A DNA stretch of 14,935 bases from Candidatus Thorarchaeota archaeon (GTDB lineage Archaea; Asgardarchaeota; Thorarchaeia; Thorarchaeales; Thorarchaeaceae): assembly GCA_011364905.1 (NCBI GenBank), contig RDNZ01000056.1:1-14935 (forward strand), read 5' to 3'. The notes under the pieces were generated by a model. It saw nothing but the letters and a program-made list of their open reading frames with translations. It was not told the origin of the DNA and did not search any database. A program made the position numbers and the translations under genes. Within the stretch, counting starts at the first letter, position 1; the number at the start of each line of letters is the position of its first letter. Shown here one piece after another: positions 14,836 to 14,935 of the stretch.

Positions 14836-14935
14836 GAATACCACCTAGCATCTATTGCAGGATTTGACAAGCAGCCCGCCTTAAATAAAGGGCTTATCCA
14901 CTGTTTCTACCACTGGTTATGAATTTAGACAATGA

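Noticed and set aside
1-14935. CRISPR array, transposase, integrase, rRNA or in-frame stop recoding
   Set aside because: No regularly spaced repeats, no recombinase motifs and no interrupted conserved genes were seen. The remaining short track ORFs are antisense or out-of-frame overlaps of confident genes.

Overview
Archaeal core-genome window, most consistent with an Asgard (Thorarchaeota-like) lineage. This is inferred from a stand-alone S30e gene, Nop5/fibrillarin, a bacterial-type thiolase and a DUF4760-like protein. Left to right it contains: a large uncharacterised minus-strand protein (at least 670 aa, runs off the left edge, absent from the ORF track) with two degenerate Lrp/AsnC-like modules; a 410-nt intergenic region with dense predicted secondary structure; a hypothetical helical-repeat protein; rps30e (absent from the ORF track); pyrD-pyrK; nop5-flpA-DUF61; a COG1395-type HTH regulator; rnhB; an intron-containing tRNA-Trp(CCA) head-to-head with elp3; a divergent alpha/beta-hydrolase and thiolase pair; a tandem-domain nitroreductase; an orphan tRNA 3' fragment (Ser-like) that probably marks the boundary of an island extending past the right edge; and a DUF4760-like membrane-anchored gene. 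Most of the window is conserved housekeeping. The best leads are the att-like tRNA fragment, the atypical tRNA-Trp intron, the large Lrp-module protein and the structured intergenic element. All family assignments are by motif recognition only; no searches were run.
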